Positions 31,703 to 41,361 of a stretch of 64,000 bases of DNA are shown here, piece by piece; the first letter of the stretch is position 1, and each line of letters starts with the position of its first letter. Under the pieces are notes generated by a model. That model was not told the origin of the DNA and ran no database searches. It worked only from the letters and a program-made list of their open reading frames with translations. Origin of the DNA: Pseudomonadota bacterium (GTDB lineage Bacteria; Myxococcota; JACRCW01; JAFGSX01); the NCBI GenBank assembly GCA_043821645.1, contig JBDRCO010000113.1, positions 32,001 to 96,000 of the forward strand, given 5' to 3'. The translations under genes were made by a program, and so were the position numbers.

Positions 31703-32095
31703 TCACGGAGTGAAGGTCTGACAGCTTGCCTTGTTGCCGTCCCCTGCGGTGATGGTGACGGCGTACTCGGTGCCGACCTCCAGGGTCTTGGCCACACCCT
31801 CGGCCTCCAGTGCCCCGGTGGGCACGGTGCCGTAGGTCACCGGTGACGGGAAGGGAGATCCCGACATGCTCAGGGTCCACTGCCGCTCGGTGGTCTCGGG
31901 GAACTTGGTCACGGCCAGGCCTGCGGCATCGCCATCCCAGGAGATCTCGGGTGTGATACCCGAACCCACGGTGACCGCAAAATCACCTTCGCACCCCGTG
32001 CCGGCGTCGAGGAGCCCTGTCAGATCAAAAGGACAGCCACCCACCAGGCCCGTCAAAGCCAGCACTGCGCTCAACCCGATCTTCGATCTCAGCAT
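31703..32095 (-). CDS. Small hypothetical lipoprotein
   Basis: Signal peptide with LVGGC; GAGG RBS upstream. Confidence 0.75.
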   Translation of the reverse strand: MLRSKIGLSAVLALTGLVGGCPFDLTGLLDAGTGCEGDFAVTVGSGITPEISWDGDAAGLAVTKFPETTERQWTLSMSGSPFPSPVTYGTVPTGALEAEGVAKTLEVGTEYAVTITAGDGNKASCQTFTP

Positions 32096-32427
32096 GATAA
32101 CCTCGTGTGAAAACAGACAGTTAATGGACTCGAACCCCTCCGGGGCCCGGCAATATAACTGTGACCTGGAAATTGTCCATCGCCTTGGCGCTGCTGCCAG
32201 GCTGTGCCTGCACCCACCCGGCCGGGGGGCAGAGATCTACAGTCCCAAGCGTCGAAGCACATTCGAACGGCAGTGCTGGCTAATTCCTGCTGCCCGTGCT
32301 CTGGTGCGACCCGCTCGCCACAACTGACGCCATTCTGGCGTCTTGGATTTCTGCCAGGCCTCCTCGCAGAACAAGTGACGACAAAACCGAGGCTGCCCAG
32401 GGCAGCGAGAATGGAGCGTAGTAGATC

Positions 32428-32742
32428 ATGGCGAAGAAGCTTTATGTCGGTGGCCTCAGCTGGGACACCAATGATCAGGGCCTGCGTCAGGCATTCGAGC
32501 AATTTGGCACGGTCAGCGATGCCGTCGTGCTGACCGATCGGGATACCGGCCGTTCGCGTGGTTTCGGCTTCGTCACCTTCGATGACGAGGATGCCGCCCG
32601 CGAAGCGATCGAGAAGCTCGATGGGACCGCCCTTGACGGTCGCAACATCAAGGTCAACGAGGCGCAGGACAAGCCCAAGCGCAGCGGCGGCGGCTACGGC
32701 GGCGGCGGCGGCGGTGGTGGCGGCGGGCGGGATCGCTGGTAA
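32428..32742 (+). CDS. RRM RNA-binding protein with Gly-rich tail
   Basis: KLYVGGL (RNP2), RSRGFGFVTF (RNP1), poly-Gly C-terminus. Confidence 0.96.
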   Translation: MAKKLYVGGLSWDTNDQGLRQAFEQFGTVSDAVVLTDRDTGRSRGFGFVTFDDEDAAREAIEKLDGTALDGRNIKVNEAQDKPKRSGGGYGGGGGGGGGGRDRW

Positions 32743-33053
32743 CAGCGTCCTCGCGGCCAGTTCTGTGACGACCTCTCGCGCCCCGACCAAGGAGCGCGGC
32801 TCGACTTTTTAAAATCCCATTCTCCATATCTGTCGAGCGTGCGCGGCGGCCTGCTGCGACGCCACATTCATGCCTCGGCACCGGGGTCGTGACCGGAGCC
32901 CTGCTCGCGCCACCTTGCGATGGAAGATCCGGGTTCCGGCGGGATCCTGAAGCGAGATGCGGCCCCCCTTCAAGCGCGATACCCTGTTGGCGACGGATGA
33001 ATGCCTGACGTCAGGTTCCGTCGCGGCTGGTGCCGCGACCGAAGAGACAGCAG

Positions 33054-35510
33054 ATGAAGCACAACGCGCGAGTGCTGGCCTTGCTGGTGCTGATCGGGAG
33101 TGGGACCCCGGCCTGCGAGCCGGTGCAACAGCCGGTGGCAGACGCGGGCGGCCTGCAGGTCGACGCGACCCGCAGCGATGGCACCCTGGTGACGACGGAC
33201 AGCGCCGGGCTCACCGATGCGTTCTCGGGCCAGGACAGGTCGCAGCACCGCGACGCAGCAGGAGCTGCTGATGCCTCGCCTGCCGGGGACGCGGCGGGTG
33301 GCGATGCGCGTACCTCGGATGCCCACGCCCTCGATGCAGGATCCGCGGACCGAATCGTGGCTGACGCACAGGTACCGGATGGAGACAGACCCGACGCGCA
33401 GACCGCTCTGGACGCTGCCCACCTGGACACACAGGGCGCCGCCCCGGACCTCGCCGCGACCCAGGACGCGGCAACACCGGCGGACGCAGGCCTGTTCGAC
33501 GCGGCCAGCGAGGTCACGGGGCTCTCGATGCGTTACTGGGTCCCAACCTTTTCCGATGATTTTCGTGGCAAGCCCGACACCTCGACCGAAAACAACGAAT
33601 GCTACGACACGATGCAACCGCGCTGCGCGGTGTGGACCGGGAGCCAGGGGAACGACTGTGCGACCCCCTGGGGCGGCGGTGGTCCGGTCGACGGCGCGTA
33701 TTTTTCCCCTCTGCGGGAGAACATGGCGGCAGCGATCGCCGCGCTCGACAGCTCGAGAAACTGGGCGAGCGAGAGCTGGGACGTCGTGCACACCCGTTAC
33801 GCCGAGCTGGTGCAGGAGCGCCTGCGCCACCTCAACAAGTGCGTCTGGACCAGCTACGAACAGCTCAACTGGTGGGGCACGGACTACCAAGGGAACTGGT
33901 CGACGCGCCATGACCCAACCCGGGTGCTGGTGGACCCGGCAGGCAAAGGCTACCTCCACCTCTCCGCAGTGCACGCCCCGGTGCAGGCGAATTGCGTCTA
34001 CGGAGGTGTGGTCTCCGGACCCGGCGAGGTCAATTGCCAGCTCCTGAGCTTCGCAGCGGGCGTGCTGCACGTCGGCGTGAGTTACTGGGTGGACGCCGAC
34101 CCGCGGTGGCCGGGGGTCTACTACGCCGGTGTCAGCGGCACTTGCCCCTACGGTGGCAGCGGGGGATCCCCGAACTGTCTGGTGCATGCCTTCGCACTCG
34201 AGGACATCGAGGCCGGTCCCAGCTACTGGGTCGACAGCAACCCCGCCTTCCCCGGGGTCTACTACGCGAACGACAGCCCCTATCGCTGCCGTGAGAACAC
34301 CGAGTACCCCGGCGGCGGAGTCTTGTTTCGCGCGCTGACCTGTCCCCTGCTGACCGGCGCCATCCAGAGTGCCGACGCTCCGCCTGTGGGGAGCGCGACC
34401 CTGCGCCGCGGCTTCGATCAGCTGCACGGCCGCTTCGAGGCCAAGCTGCGCATCCCGCGTGGACCAGGCGCCTTCCCTGCCGCCTGGTTGATGCCGCGCT
34501 CGGGCGGCTGGCCCTACTCGGGAGGCGAGATCGACATCGTGGAGGCCAGGGACGCGGCCGACGAGGTGTTTCAGACCTACCATCACGGGCGCTGCGTGGC
34601 CGAAGACTGGCTGAGCGAGCTGCTCACGGACCCCGGCAACCCGCTGCTACCCATCGACAGCGGACGCTGTGCCTCGCTGACGGGTTATCGCTCGCTGCAG
34701 TTGAGCAAGGGCGTCACCACGCGCCAGCGCAGCTACGCGCACGGGCCCACCCCTTCCAATGAGTTCTTCACCCGGGACCACGTCTTCGCCGTGGAATGGG
34801 ACGAAGACGAGATCCGGTACTCCATCAACAACGTGCATGTCCACACGGTGACGACGGGTACCGTCGCCGGAAGTGTCCACCTCCTGAACGGGCCAGCCCT
34901 CCCCGTGCTGGGTGCACCCCTGAGCTACCGGACCTTCGCTGCGCACAACCTGCCGACGCAGGCCATGTACTGGATCCTCAACCATTCGGTCTACGTCCCG
35001 TCGACGGGCTGGACGGGCTTCGTGCCGCAGGACCTGCGCGTGGACTATGTGCGGACGCTCCGGGCCTGCACCACGCACGCAGATTTTTGCCCCTGTGGTG
35101 GGCGCTTCGTCGAGGGTACAGGCTGTGTGCTGGACAGCAGCGCGCAGCTCCAGTGCCCTGCGGGCACCACGTCGCCCGGCGTCGTCGACGGCGTGTACGC
35201 GAGTTCCTGTGCACCCACGCGCATGGAATGCGTCGCGGGTGGGGTTCCCTTTGGTCCCAACTGTCAGGTCCACGCCTTTGCCGATGGGGTGCTGCGCAGC
35301 GACGTGAGTTACTGGGCAGACGCCGATCCGCGCTGGCCAGGGGTCTTCTACGCGGGGGTGAACGGGACCTGTCCCCATGGCGGTAGCGGTGGCAACCCGA
35401 ACTGCCAGCTTCTCGGCTTTGCTGGGGACCTGCTCGAGGACGGCGTCATCTACTGGGTGGACAGTGACCCGCGCTGGCCCGGCGTTTACTACGAGCCGGA
35501 CTTCCGCTAG
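33054..35510 (+). CDS. Glycoside hydrolase family 16 lipoprotein with Cys/Trp-rich repeats
   Basis: Signal ending TPAC, Asp/Ala-rich linker, FSDDF, GRFEAKLRIP..G.FPAAWL, WP.GGEIDIVE (ExDxxE), HVFAVEW, RVDYVR. Confidence 0.88.
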   Translation: MKHNARVLALLVLIGSGTPACEPVQQPVADAGGLQVDATRSDGTLVTTDSAGLTDAFSGQDRSQHRDAAGAADASPAGDAAGGDARTSDAHALDAGSADRIVADAQVPDGDRPDAQTALDAAHLDTQGAAPDLAATQDAATPADAGLFDAASEVTGLSMRYWVPTFSDDFRGKPDTSTENNECYDTMQPRCAVWTGSQGNDCATPWGGGGPVDGAYFSPLRENMAAAIAALDSSRNWASESWDVVHTRYAELVQERLRHLNKCVWTSYEQLNWWGTDYQGNWSTRHDPTRVLVDPAGKGYLHLSAVHAPVQANCVYGGVVSGPGEVNCQLLSFAAGVLHVGVSYWVDADPRWPGVYYAGVSGTCPYGGSGGSPNCLVHAFALEDIEAGPSYWVDSNPAFPGVYYANDSPYRCRENTEYPGGGVLFRALTCPLLTGAIQSADAPPVGSATLRRGFDQLHGRFEAKLRIPRGPGAFPAAWLMPRSGGWPYSGGEIDIVEARDAADEVFQTYHHGRCVAEDWLSELLTDPGNPLLPIDSGRCASLTGYRSLQLSKGVTTRQRSYAHGPTPSNEFFTRDHVFAVEWDEDEIRYSINNVHVHTVTTGTVAGSVHLLNGPALPVLGAPLSYRTFAAHNLPTQAMYWILNHSVYVPSTGWTGFVPQDLRVDYVRTLRACTTHADFCPCGGRFVEGTGCVLDSSAQLQCPAGTTSPGVVDGVYASSCAPTRMECVAGGVPFGPNCQVHAFADGVLRSDVSYWADADPRWPGVFYAGVNGTCPHGGSGGNPNCQLLGFAGDLLEDGVIYWVDSDPRWPGVYYEPDFR

Positions 35511-35625
35511 CGCCTGGGTCCTGACGACGCAGGCACGCCGCCTCGCGCGAGTCTGGCATCGCCGTCCGTGCGGCGAGGGCGACACCTTGCACGTGCCGGC
35601 CTTCGCCCAGGCGAGGAGCCGAGTT

Positions 35626-36255
35626 CTACTCCGCCCCGACGCTGGGAAGCGGCGCTGCGGGCAGCGGGGGCGATGGGCTGAGCACCATGGGCTTGAGCTG
35701 CGGTGCACTGGTGGCGAGCTCGGTGTCCGTCTTGAGCCGCAGCGCCTTACCGCGCACCCTGACGCAGGCGTTCACCTGGCTGAACACCAGCATGTCCGTG
35801 CCATTGACCTCGGCGTGACGACGGGGCGCGATCAAGACGTCTGCGTCCTTGACCTTGCCCAGAGCCTCGTACAGCGCCCGGCGCTCCGCGGCCTGCTCGG
35901 GCGTCCCGTTGGGGTTCACGAAGAGCTGCCCGAAGAACATGTCGAGAGGATTCGCGGCCGGAGCGAGCCCGCCACCCACATTCCCCAGGCCACCCTCCTG
36001 ATACTGGCGCGGATCGGGATCGCGCATGCAGATTCCGATGAAGCAGGTTTCCTTGACGCACCCCTCGCCTTCGACCGCGTCGAGGATCTCGTACTGCCCC
36101 CGGGACAGTGGTGCCAGACCGCTGTTCTCGCCGAAACCCGCCACCGGCACCGCGGGCAGCAAGGCCCCCTTGCCCGCCGTGACGCAGCCTGCTCCGGCGC
36201 CGAGAAGAACGCAGACCCCCAGCACCACCGTCGTGCCCCGACACCAGGACCGCAT
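35626..36255 (-). CDS. Hypothetical lipoprotein
   Basis: AAGGAGG RBS; signal ending GAGC; soluble domain with ADVLIAPR. Confidence 0.78.
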   Translation of the reverse strand: MRSWCRGTTVVLGVCVLLGAGAGCVTAGKGALLPAVPVAGFGENSGLAPLSRGQYEILDAVEGEGCVKETCFIGICMRDPDPRQYQEGGLGNVGGGLAPAANPLDMFFGQLFVNPNGTPEQAAERRALYEALGKVKDADVLIAPRRHAEVNGTDMLVFSQVNACVRVRGKALRLKTDTELATSAPQLKPMVLSPSPPLPAAPLPSVGAE

Positions 36256-36527
36256 GCTTGCCTCCTTGTTACTCCGTGCTGTGCATGATGCGCAGGTCGG
36301 CGAGCCTAGCACAGTCCAGTGCACCGCCTGCCAGTGCGGATTATCACGCGGCAACCGCCTCGAGACCAGCGGGTCGTCGAGCCCCGAGGGACCTCACAGC
36401 CTGGCGTACCCTCAGCCTCGGCAGACGTTATTTGAGAGGTTGCTCCACCAGGATGGGCTACTGTGGACGGAACAGAAGACCACGCTGCGACACGCATTCG
36501 TGTGCACGGCATCAACCGGAGGGGCAG

Positions 36528-36641
36528 ATGGGCGACAAGGGTGGCAAGAAGAACAAGGAAAAGGGTCAGAAGCAGAGCGCCGAGAAACAGAAGCAAAAGG
36601 AGAAGGACAAGTTCGACAAGCAACCCAAACGCAAAGTCTGA
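36528..36641 (+). CDS. Small Lys-rich protein (37 aa)
   Basis: GGAGG RBS, then MGDKGGKKNKEKGQKQSAEKQKQKEKDKFDKQPKRKV; A-rich codons against a GC-rich background. Confidence 0.75.
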   Translation: MGDKGGKKNKEKGQKQSAEKQKQKEKDKFDKQPKRKV

Positions 36642-36896
36642 GCGCGCTCAAGCTCCGGCGTTCTGACCGACCTGCATTCCTCGACCCGACCGAGACGCGT
36701 GCGCGGGCTCGGTGTGTCCGGCTGCGCCGGAACGAAAGAACTCACCTCTTCGAGGCGCGACAGGCACAAGCACGCTATCCCGGAAGCCCTGCGTCAAACC
36801 TGAAACCTGTACCCTGTCTCGCGCCGTGACCAGTGGCCTTGACGCTGCTTCTTTTGCGCCCCTACCATCGAGGTTCAACCCGCTGCTGGAGATCTC

Positions 36897-37853
36897 ATGT
36901 CGGTCCTGAATCGTGCTCCCAAGGTCACGCAGTTCGTGGAGGCCTGGTCCCAGCGCTTCGAGCGTGCCGTCAAGGACGCGGCCGGGCGCGATGGCCGGCT
37001 GTCGCTCAACGAGGCGCGTTCCATCGCCGAGCGCGACGACGGGCTCAGGTTGTGGGCCGATAATGCGGTCAACTACCTCGAGAGCAAGGGTCAGCAGACG
37101 GTCTCGGTGCGCAAGCTGCTGGGAGCTGCCGAGCGCTATGCCTTCGCTTCGGCCACCCGCATCGCGGGCTCCAACCAGCAGATCTCACTGCTCGAAGCCC
37201 GGCTGTTGCCCCCGGATCTGGTGGACGACTTCTTCATGCTACGAGGACAACGCGCCGCCGAGGTCGACCCCCTCGCTCAACCCGCCGCGCCGCGCATCGA
37301 GGTGCACGCCGAGCCTCCGATCACGGCCTCGGTGGACGGCGATAGCATCACACTGCGAGGCAACGGCGCCGCCTTCGGCACCCTGGTCACCATCCGCTTC
37401 GACGACCACGAGGTCGAGGTCAAGAAGGCGCACCGCGGTTTCCTGGCTTACGATCTGTGCGATCGCATGCCCGAGGGCTATTCGGCCGAGGAGATCCGCA
37501 CCCCGGACCTCGACCCGACCACCGTCCGCATCACGCGCGACCCGCCCACCGCACCGACCACGGCCGAGGCACTGATCCTGGCCCGGGAGGGGCTGGCCGA
37601 GTACCTTCGCAACGAGCGTATCGATGACAGAGACTGGAGTGAGTACTACAGCAGCAACTGGGATACACTGGTCGCGGGTGGCATCCTCGACGAGATCGCC
37701 CGCTTTGGAGCCCCCGGGGCCAGTGCTGTCGACGTCTCTCGGCGGCCAGACATGTACGTGTTCTGCGGCCGCGGGCCCAACCAACTTTACACCGAGGTCT
37801 GCGTGGACAAGACCAGTCGCAAGGTGACCAGAGCGTACGTCGAGATCGACTGA
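36897..37853 (+). CDS. Hypothetical protein with N-terminal AAGxDGxLS repeat module
   Basis: GGAG RBS; 318-aa ORF; N-terminus homologous to that of the 38994-40331 protein. Confidence 0.82.
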   Translation: MSVLNRAPKVTQFVEAWSQRFERAVKDAAGRDGRLSLNEARSIAERDDGLRLWADNAVNYLESKGQQTVSVRKLLGAAERYAFASATRIAGSNQQISLLEARLLPPDLVDDFFMLRGQRAAEVDPLAQPAAPRIEVHAEPPITASVDGDSITLRGNGAAFGTLVTIRFDDHEVEVKKAHRGFLAYDLCDRMPEGYSAEEIRTPDLDPTTVRITRDPPTAPTTAEALILAREGLAEYLRNERIDDRDWSEYYSSNWDTLVAGGILDEIARFGAPGASAVDVSRRPDMYVFCGRGPNQLYTEVCVDKTSRKVTRAYVEID

Positions 37854-38064
37854 ACGCAGTGTCTCCGGACCGTTCCCCGAAAACGGCTCCGGGTGGATAC
37901 AGGGCTGACACTTCGCGCCGGAAGACCGAGTATCGAGGCTTGTCATGTGCCGCCGGCCGGCAGATGACATGGAATCCACAGGCCATCCTGGCGCCATCCT
38001 GGCGCTATGCTGGCACCCCGGCCGCGTTCCTGTGCGCGCCGAATAGACATCGGAGAGTGACTAC

Positions 38065-38253
38065 ATGGTTTCAAAACCCCGACCCACGTTTGCCAAGCGT
38101 CAGAAAGAGATCGACCGTCAGCGCAAGAAAGCGGAAAAGGCTGAAGCGCGTGCCCAGCGCCGCGAGAACAAGGGCGTCGAGCGAGTTGCAGACGGTGAAG
38201 ATCCGGACCTGGCAGGCATCGTCCCCGGGCCGCAGCCCATCCCCGAGGATTGA
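38065..38253 (+). CDS. Small basic protein (62 aa)
   Basis: GGAG RBS; TFAKRQKE..RQRKK basic helix, then EDPDLAGIVPGPQP. Confidence 0.78.
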   Translation: MVSKPRPTFAKRQKEIDRQRKKAEKAEARAQRRENKGVERVADGEDPDLAGIVPGPQPIPED

Positions 38254-38254
38254 G

Positions 38255-38857
38255 GTGCACACACTGCTGCCGCCGTTCCTGACGAGGACGAATTCCGTTC
38301 GAAGCGCGCGAGTCATCGTGGTCCTTGGCAGTGTGGCTCTGCTTGCCGCGTGCAAGCCCCGCGGCGGGGGAGGCGACGTGGACCGCCCCCAGCCCGTAGG
38401 CATCGCAGTTGCCGCAAAGTCGCCTGCGCCACCACCCCGGCCGGTCGCGACCCCGACTCGCGGTGGAAAAGACTGGAACGACGCCCAGATCCAGTGGCAA
38501 CCCTTCGACGTCGGCGTGCAGGCCGCACAGGTGCAGAACAAACCAGTCTGCCTGGTGTTCTTCACCGAGTGGTGCCCGCACTGCACCAACTACGCCGCCG
38601 TGTTTCACGACCCCCGCGTGGTCGAACAAGCGAAAAACTTCGTGATGATCCGCCTCGACAAGGACAAGAACAGCGAGATCAGCTCGCGCTTCGCGCCAGA
38701 TGGCGAGTACATCCCGCGGACCTACTTCCTGACCTCCGATGGCACCCTGGACGCGACGATCCAGGTGGCGCGCCCGCAGTTCAAGTATTTCTACGACGAG
38801 AAGAGCCCCGAGGGCATCCTGGCAGGCATGGCGGCCGCGCTCGAGAAACTGAAGTGA
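38255..38857 (+). CDS. Thioredoxin-family lipoprotein (start approximate)
   Basis: Lipobox LLAAC; KPVCLVFFTEWCPHC; YIPRTYF cis-Pro motif. Confidence 0.85.
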   Translation: MHTLLPPFLTRTNSVRSARVIVVLGSVALLAACKPRGGGGDVDRPQPVGIAVAAKSPAPPPRPVATPTRGGKDWNDAQIQWQPFDVGVQAAQVQNKPVCLVFFTEWCPHCTNYAAVFHDPRVVEQAKNFVMIRLDKDKNSEISSRFAPDGEYIPRTYFLTSDGTLDATIQVARPQFKYFYDEKSPEGILAGMAAALEKLK

Positions 38858-38993
38858 CGGCTGCCGGCTGCTGAACCACGTCGCCCAAACGCAACATCCT
38901 GCCCTGACGAACGAGGTATCGGATGGCGGCGAGAAGTGCTCCTCGCTTTCCGGGGTCAGCCCCGGTCCCGGACAGACCTGCCAGCGACCTGTC

Positions 38994-40331
38994 TCATCTC
39001 TGGGCGGCGATGAGCGCCTCGATCTCTGCATCGGTGATGGGCAGGCCCTCGATCTGGGCCGCGTCCATCACAGCGCGCGCCGCGGTCTCGTCGAGAATGC
39101 CGTCCTTGAGAAGCTTCGCCGCCGCAATCGCGTAGTTGTCGACCACGTGCATGCCGGCCGTACGAGCCGCGTCGCTGCTCTTCACGTTGTGCAGCACCAC
39201 GGCGAGCACTCGGTCGGGATAGGCGGTGCGGATGCGCGCGTAGACCTCGGGATCACGATGGTTGGTGTCGCCGAACAGCACGAACTTCTGGTCCCCGGTG
39301 GCCTCGAAGATCTTCTCGATGTCCCGAACCTTCTCGTCCTCGGCGATCCAGGGCAGCGGGCTGGTTCCGGTGAGGATCGGCCCGGCAGGCAGCCGGTGCA
39401 GGTCAAGCCAGGGAGGCACCACAGCCGCGCTGTCCGGGTCCCGCGCGGTCACGTAGTGCATGTCCCCAGGCGCCCCCGAATGGTCGAGGCGCGACTCGAG
39501 GATGCGAAACAGCGTCGCCACGCCGGGGTAGGGGTCCTTGAGCGGTGCACCGTTCGACGACGGTGGCAGCACGGTCTTGTCGATATCGGAGATGATGCCG
39601 AGCTCGGCAGCGCGACCAGTGAGGGCCTTGGCTGCCGCCTCGAGCTCGCTCCTCTTCAGGTAGCGGTTGCCGTCGGCGTCATGGCGCGTCGCCACCGCCA
39701 GCAAGGCGTCGCGGTCGGTGATACCGAAGCTGCTCATCACCCGGGTGAGGACGCTCTCGGAAAAAGCCAGCGCCGGACCCGCTGGAGCCTGCGTGAGTTC
39801 CCGGGCCGCTGCCTCGAGCTCGCTCTTCTTCAGATAGAGATTGCCATCGTCGAGAAGGAGGGCGCGCTCGAGGAGCGCTCCCGCATCCTGTATCCCATGG
39901 CGCGTGCAGACGTCCCGGAACACCGCCTCGGAGAAGGCCACGCCAGGATGTGGTGGGATGACGAGTCCGCTCCCGGCCTCGCGCAACGCGAAGAACGCGA
40001 GCCGCAGATCGGCAGGCAGGGCCTGCAGGTCTGCCGATGACAACCGACCGTCGGCGCCAGCGGCGGCACTGGCGGCGTTCTGGACACGGTCGGTCGCCGC
40101 GGCCACGAAGGCCGCCACCGTCGGAGTGCTGGTGCCCGTGATCGTGGCAGCGTCCTTGAGCAGCGTGCGCGCGTGGGCCTCCATCCCGTCGAGAGCGTCG
40201 ATGCGGCCTGCGTCGGAAGCATCGAGCACGCCATCGCGGCCCGCAGCTTTCTCCGCCGCGGGAGCGAGAATGTTCTCTGCCATGGCCTCGGCGAAGGTGC
40301 GCGGCGAAGGTGACGACGAGATCTTGCTCAT
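38994..40331 (-). CDS. Repeat-containing protein with C-terminal App1/DUF2183-type HAD phosphatase domain
   Basis: IISDIDKT, YPGVATL, YVTAR, LPAGP, FVLFGD...DPEVY. Confidence 0.82.
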   Translation of the reverse strand: MSKISSSPSPRTFAEAMAENILAPAAEKAAGRDGVLDASDAGRIDALDGMEAHARTLLKDAATITGTSTPTVAAFVAAATDRVQNAASAAAGADGRLSSADLQALPADLRLAFFALREAGSGLVIPPHPGVAFSEAVFRDVCTRHGIQDAGALLERALLLDDGNLYLKKSELEAAARELTQAPAGPALAFSESVLTRVMSSFGITDRDALLAVATRHDADGNRYLKRSELEAAAKALTGRAAELGIISDIDKTVLPPSSNGAPLKDPYPGVATLFRILESRLDHSGAPGDMHYVTARDPDSAAVVPPWLDLHRLPAGPILTGTSPLPWIAEDEKVRDIEKIFEATGDQKFVLFGDTNHRDPEVYARIRTAYPDRVLAVVLHNVKSSDAARTAGMHVVDNYAIAAAKLLKDGILDETAARAVMDAAQIEGLPITDAEIEALIAAQR

Positions 40332-40462
40332 GGGGGCTCCCCGACCGGCGCATCGTCCCTCGACGTACCACCGTGGCGACGGATTGTACCGCGGTCATGA
40401 CAGGTTGGAACAGTGGAGGAATCTGGGAATGGCCTGGAAGCAGGCACCAGCGACCATGGGGC

Positions 40463-41263
40463 CTACCGGGTTCCAGCTGGATCAGGCGAGGCCGTTTCAG
40501 CAGACACACCCAGCTCACGGCGCAGCTGCAGATACTCGGGGCTGATCTCGCCGTTGCTGTCCCGGACCGGATACGACACTCGGTGTGGTACGTCGACGGC
40601 GTGGCGCGACAGTTCGTAGACCGACAAAAATGCCGCAGGCCGATCTCGCCTCATCCAGAAGTCAGCTTGCCCGGTGAGGTGCAACCCGTGCTGACTCGCC
40701 GCCTCCAGCACGCGCTCCTGCCACAGCGACTGAAACACCACGTAGAAGCGTCCGTCTGGCGTCAGGGCCCGCGCCGCCGCCTGCATGTAGCCCTCGACGC
40801 CACCGCGCAGTTCGAAGCGGCAGGCCCGGCGCTGGGCATCCTTGGGTAGAACGCCGGCCGTCACGGGAAAGTAGGGCGGCGAGCCCGTGATGAGCTCGTA
40901 TCGCTGCTCCTCGATGGGCAGCTCCCTGAAGTCGCCCCGGGTGATCTGAAACCGGCACGGGTGTCCGGGCAGTTCTCCGATGGCGCGTTGTGCCATGGCG
41001 GCGGATTGAGCCTGCGCTTCGATGCCGTGGACTAGGGCGGGGCGCAGCTTGTGACTGACCATGAACATCACGGAGCCCGTGCCGCACCCCAGATCGAGGT
41101 AGCGCTCGGGCCGCTCGGGATGGCGGTGGGTGGCATACCAGGCCGTGATCAGATCGTCGGTGCTGGTCCGGTGCCCGCCTGTGCGCTGGTACAGATACCA
41201 GTCGCCAATGAGACGATCGCGGCGAGCGTCAGTCGGCCAGCCCTGGGGTTCGGGACAATCCAT
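40463..41263 (-). CDS. SAM-dependent methyltransferase, tRNA1(Val) A37 N6-methyltransferase-like
   Basis: GHRTSTDD, YLDLGCGTGSV, GIEAQ, ITGSPPYF, CRFE. Confidence 0.8.
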   Translation of the reverse strand: MDCPEPQGWPTDARRDRLIGDWYLYQRTGGHRTSTDDLITAWYATHRHPERPERYLDLGCGTGSVMFMVSHKLRPALVHGIEAQAQSAAMAQRAIGELPGHPCRFQITRGDFRELPIEEQRYELITGSPPYFPVTAGVLPKDAQRRACRFELRGGVEGYMQAAARALTPDGRFYVVFQSLWQERVLEAASQHGLHLTGQADFWMRRDRPAAFLSVYELSRHAVDVPHRVSYPVRDSNGEISPEYLQLRRELGVSAETASPDPAGTR

Positions 41264-41361
41264 GCATGAGCAGTCTGCGCGTCTTCTGGACGGGCTGCCA
41301 GTCCTGTCCTGGGAACCGGCCGCCACGGTGCCATCCTGCGCAGGCCAGCGTCACCAAGGGT

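Noticed and set aside
40463-41263. Methyltransferase as a Dam-like partner of MutH (restriction-modification pair)
   Set aside because: Its motifs fit the tRNA A37 N6-methyltransferase-like family, and it lies 3.6 kb away with unrelated genes in between.
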